A stretch of DNA of 63,988 nucleotides, the filler included, from Hyphochytrium catenoides (taxonomy: Eukaryota > Protista > Hyphochytriomycota), in assembly GCA_900088475.1 (NCBI GenBank). It is 5 parts of 5 records of this genome, joined end to end, with 100 filler letters (N's around TTAATTAATTAA, not from the genome) between each part and the next. Parts side by side here need not be neighbours in the genome. Positions count along the whole stretch, not along the records: positions 62,964 to 63,988 come from FLMG01002981.1; 4 more parts are not named here. One strand, 5' to 3'. The notes beneath the pieces were generated by a model that did no database searches, was not told the DNA's origin, and saw only the letters and a program-made list of their open reading frames with translations. Both the position numbers and the translations under genes were made by a program. Shown piece after piece: positions 62,964-63,988 of the stretch. How positions within the stretch are numbered: position 1 is the stretch's first letter; each line of letters opens with the position of its first letter.

Positions 62964-63959
62964 AACAGCCTTTTCTGTCTCCAATCGCGTTCAACTTCGC
63001 TTGTATCATCCTCCTCCGACCTCCTTTGAAGGAAGGTTCTGCCGTCTACTGCTAGCTCTCCATCACTCACCCGCTCATCATCACTCTCTTCGTCCTCTTC
63101 CTTGGCGCTTGGTCTGGCTGCCACAATGATCTGGGGCTCAAACCTCTCACGCCTCCGGCTCGCGGCTGCAGATCACGAGAGGGATAGATTTAAGAGAGAC
63201 AAGGCAGCGAGGAGAAGTAAGGACAGATAGTCCGATGAAAAGAAGAGCAGAGCCAAAGGATAAAGAGCAAAAGGACATTGTAAGAGGTGGTCAGCGTCTA
63301 ACCTCCAGCCCTGCCTTCTCTTCCAACACTCTCTTGGATCTCTAGCCTTTGGACGTGGTCATGAAGCTTCTCCCTATCGATCGAGACAAAGAGAGAGAGA
63401 GAGAAAGCGAAAGAAGAGGGAAAGTCGAAGGGATGAGTGGTTATTGAAGGCCTCGATATAGTGGAAGTCCGATGACAGAGAGAGAGTGAGAGAGAGAGAG
63501 AGACAACTAAGAACCTAAAGAGAGAGAGAGAGAGTGATGATAACAAGAAAGGGAGAAAAGACGAGAAAGGGTTACAATGAAGAATAAGCGCTCGTGTCAA
63601 AGAACAAGGAGAGGGCAAGTAGCAAACAGTAGACCCACGTAGAAGAGAGAGAAAGATGCGCAAGAGACTGAGACAGAAAAGAGAGCGACAGGAAAGGAGA
63701 GAAGAAGAGGGAGGAGAGAAAGAACAAGGGAAAAAACGATCGTGAGGCAAAACCCTAGGTTCAGCGAAAGAGAGAAGAGAGGGACGGACAAGAGCCGGAC
63801 AGAGCAAGGCTTTGAGATGCTGACCGTTTCTTCTTCTCTTCGTCCACTTCTTCTTCCTCATCTCCTGCCCAGTCTGGCCGCTGACCTGGCCTATAGCGCA
63901 GCGTCTTCTTGGATTTATCTATCCGAGGCTTCAGCTGAACGAACTCCTCCAGTTTCTCT
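62964..63959 (-). CDS. MFAP1: MFAP1/Spp381-like spliceosomal protein, internal N-terminal exons
   Basis: KKTLRYRPGQRPDWA followed by an acidic run resembles the MFAP1 RYxxGKxPxxA motif. A later exon reads RRRERFEPQIIV...EEDEESDDE. Exons are joined by GT-AG introns. Confidence 0.6.
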
Positions 63960-63988
63960 CTGGGCAATGTGAGCAGCGAGAGAGACAG

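Noticed and set aside
28873-63959. A splicing-factor cluster (U2AF1 plus MFAP1)
   Set aside because: They lie on different scaffolds joined artificially.
31218-63988. Dozens of ORFs rich in SLSLSL or ERERER
   Set aside because: They are translations of (CT)n/(AG)n microsatellites, which lack stop codons, and many span N gaps.

Overview
Eukaryotic genomic DNA, probably from a SAR/stramenopile-like protist (inferred from the U2AF35 '[13 protein letters not shown]' start, the sacsin-RING fusion and the WRKY19-type zinc finger). The window is not contiguous. Four identical N44-TTAATTAATTAA-N44 spacers (31118, 49979, 58575, 62864) join five scaffolds. Scaffold 1 (1-31117) is compact with introns mostly 55-100 nt. 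It holds a CRE-type non-LTR retrotransposon RT fragment, an intact 597-bp hAT-type MITE (TIRs plus 8-bp TSD), an orphan Cys-rich GPI-type surface protein, a ~17.4-kb sacsin-like gene with a C-terminal RING, VPS33, and U2AF1/U2AF35 with an unusual ~148-aa (GGGDRY)n N-terminal extension. The other scaffolds are saturated with (CT)n/(AG)n. They carry an intronless WRKY19-type zinc-finger gene, a Tag1/DUF3712-like membrane protein, a RING-H2 ligase, and spacer-truncated genes: a possible anoctamin-like first exon, a guanylate-binding protein, malonyl-CoA decarboxylase, a GH13 alpha-amylase-family enzyme and MFAP1. The most notable signals concern splicing: the extended U2AF35, at least four GC-AG introns, and introns filled with strand-biased (CT)n. 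All gene models and family calls were made by eye; no searches were run.
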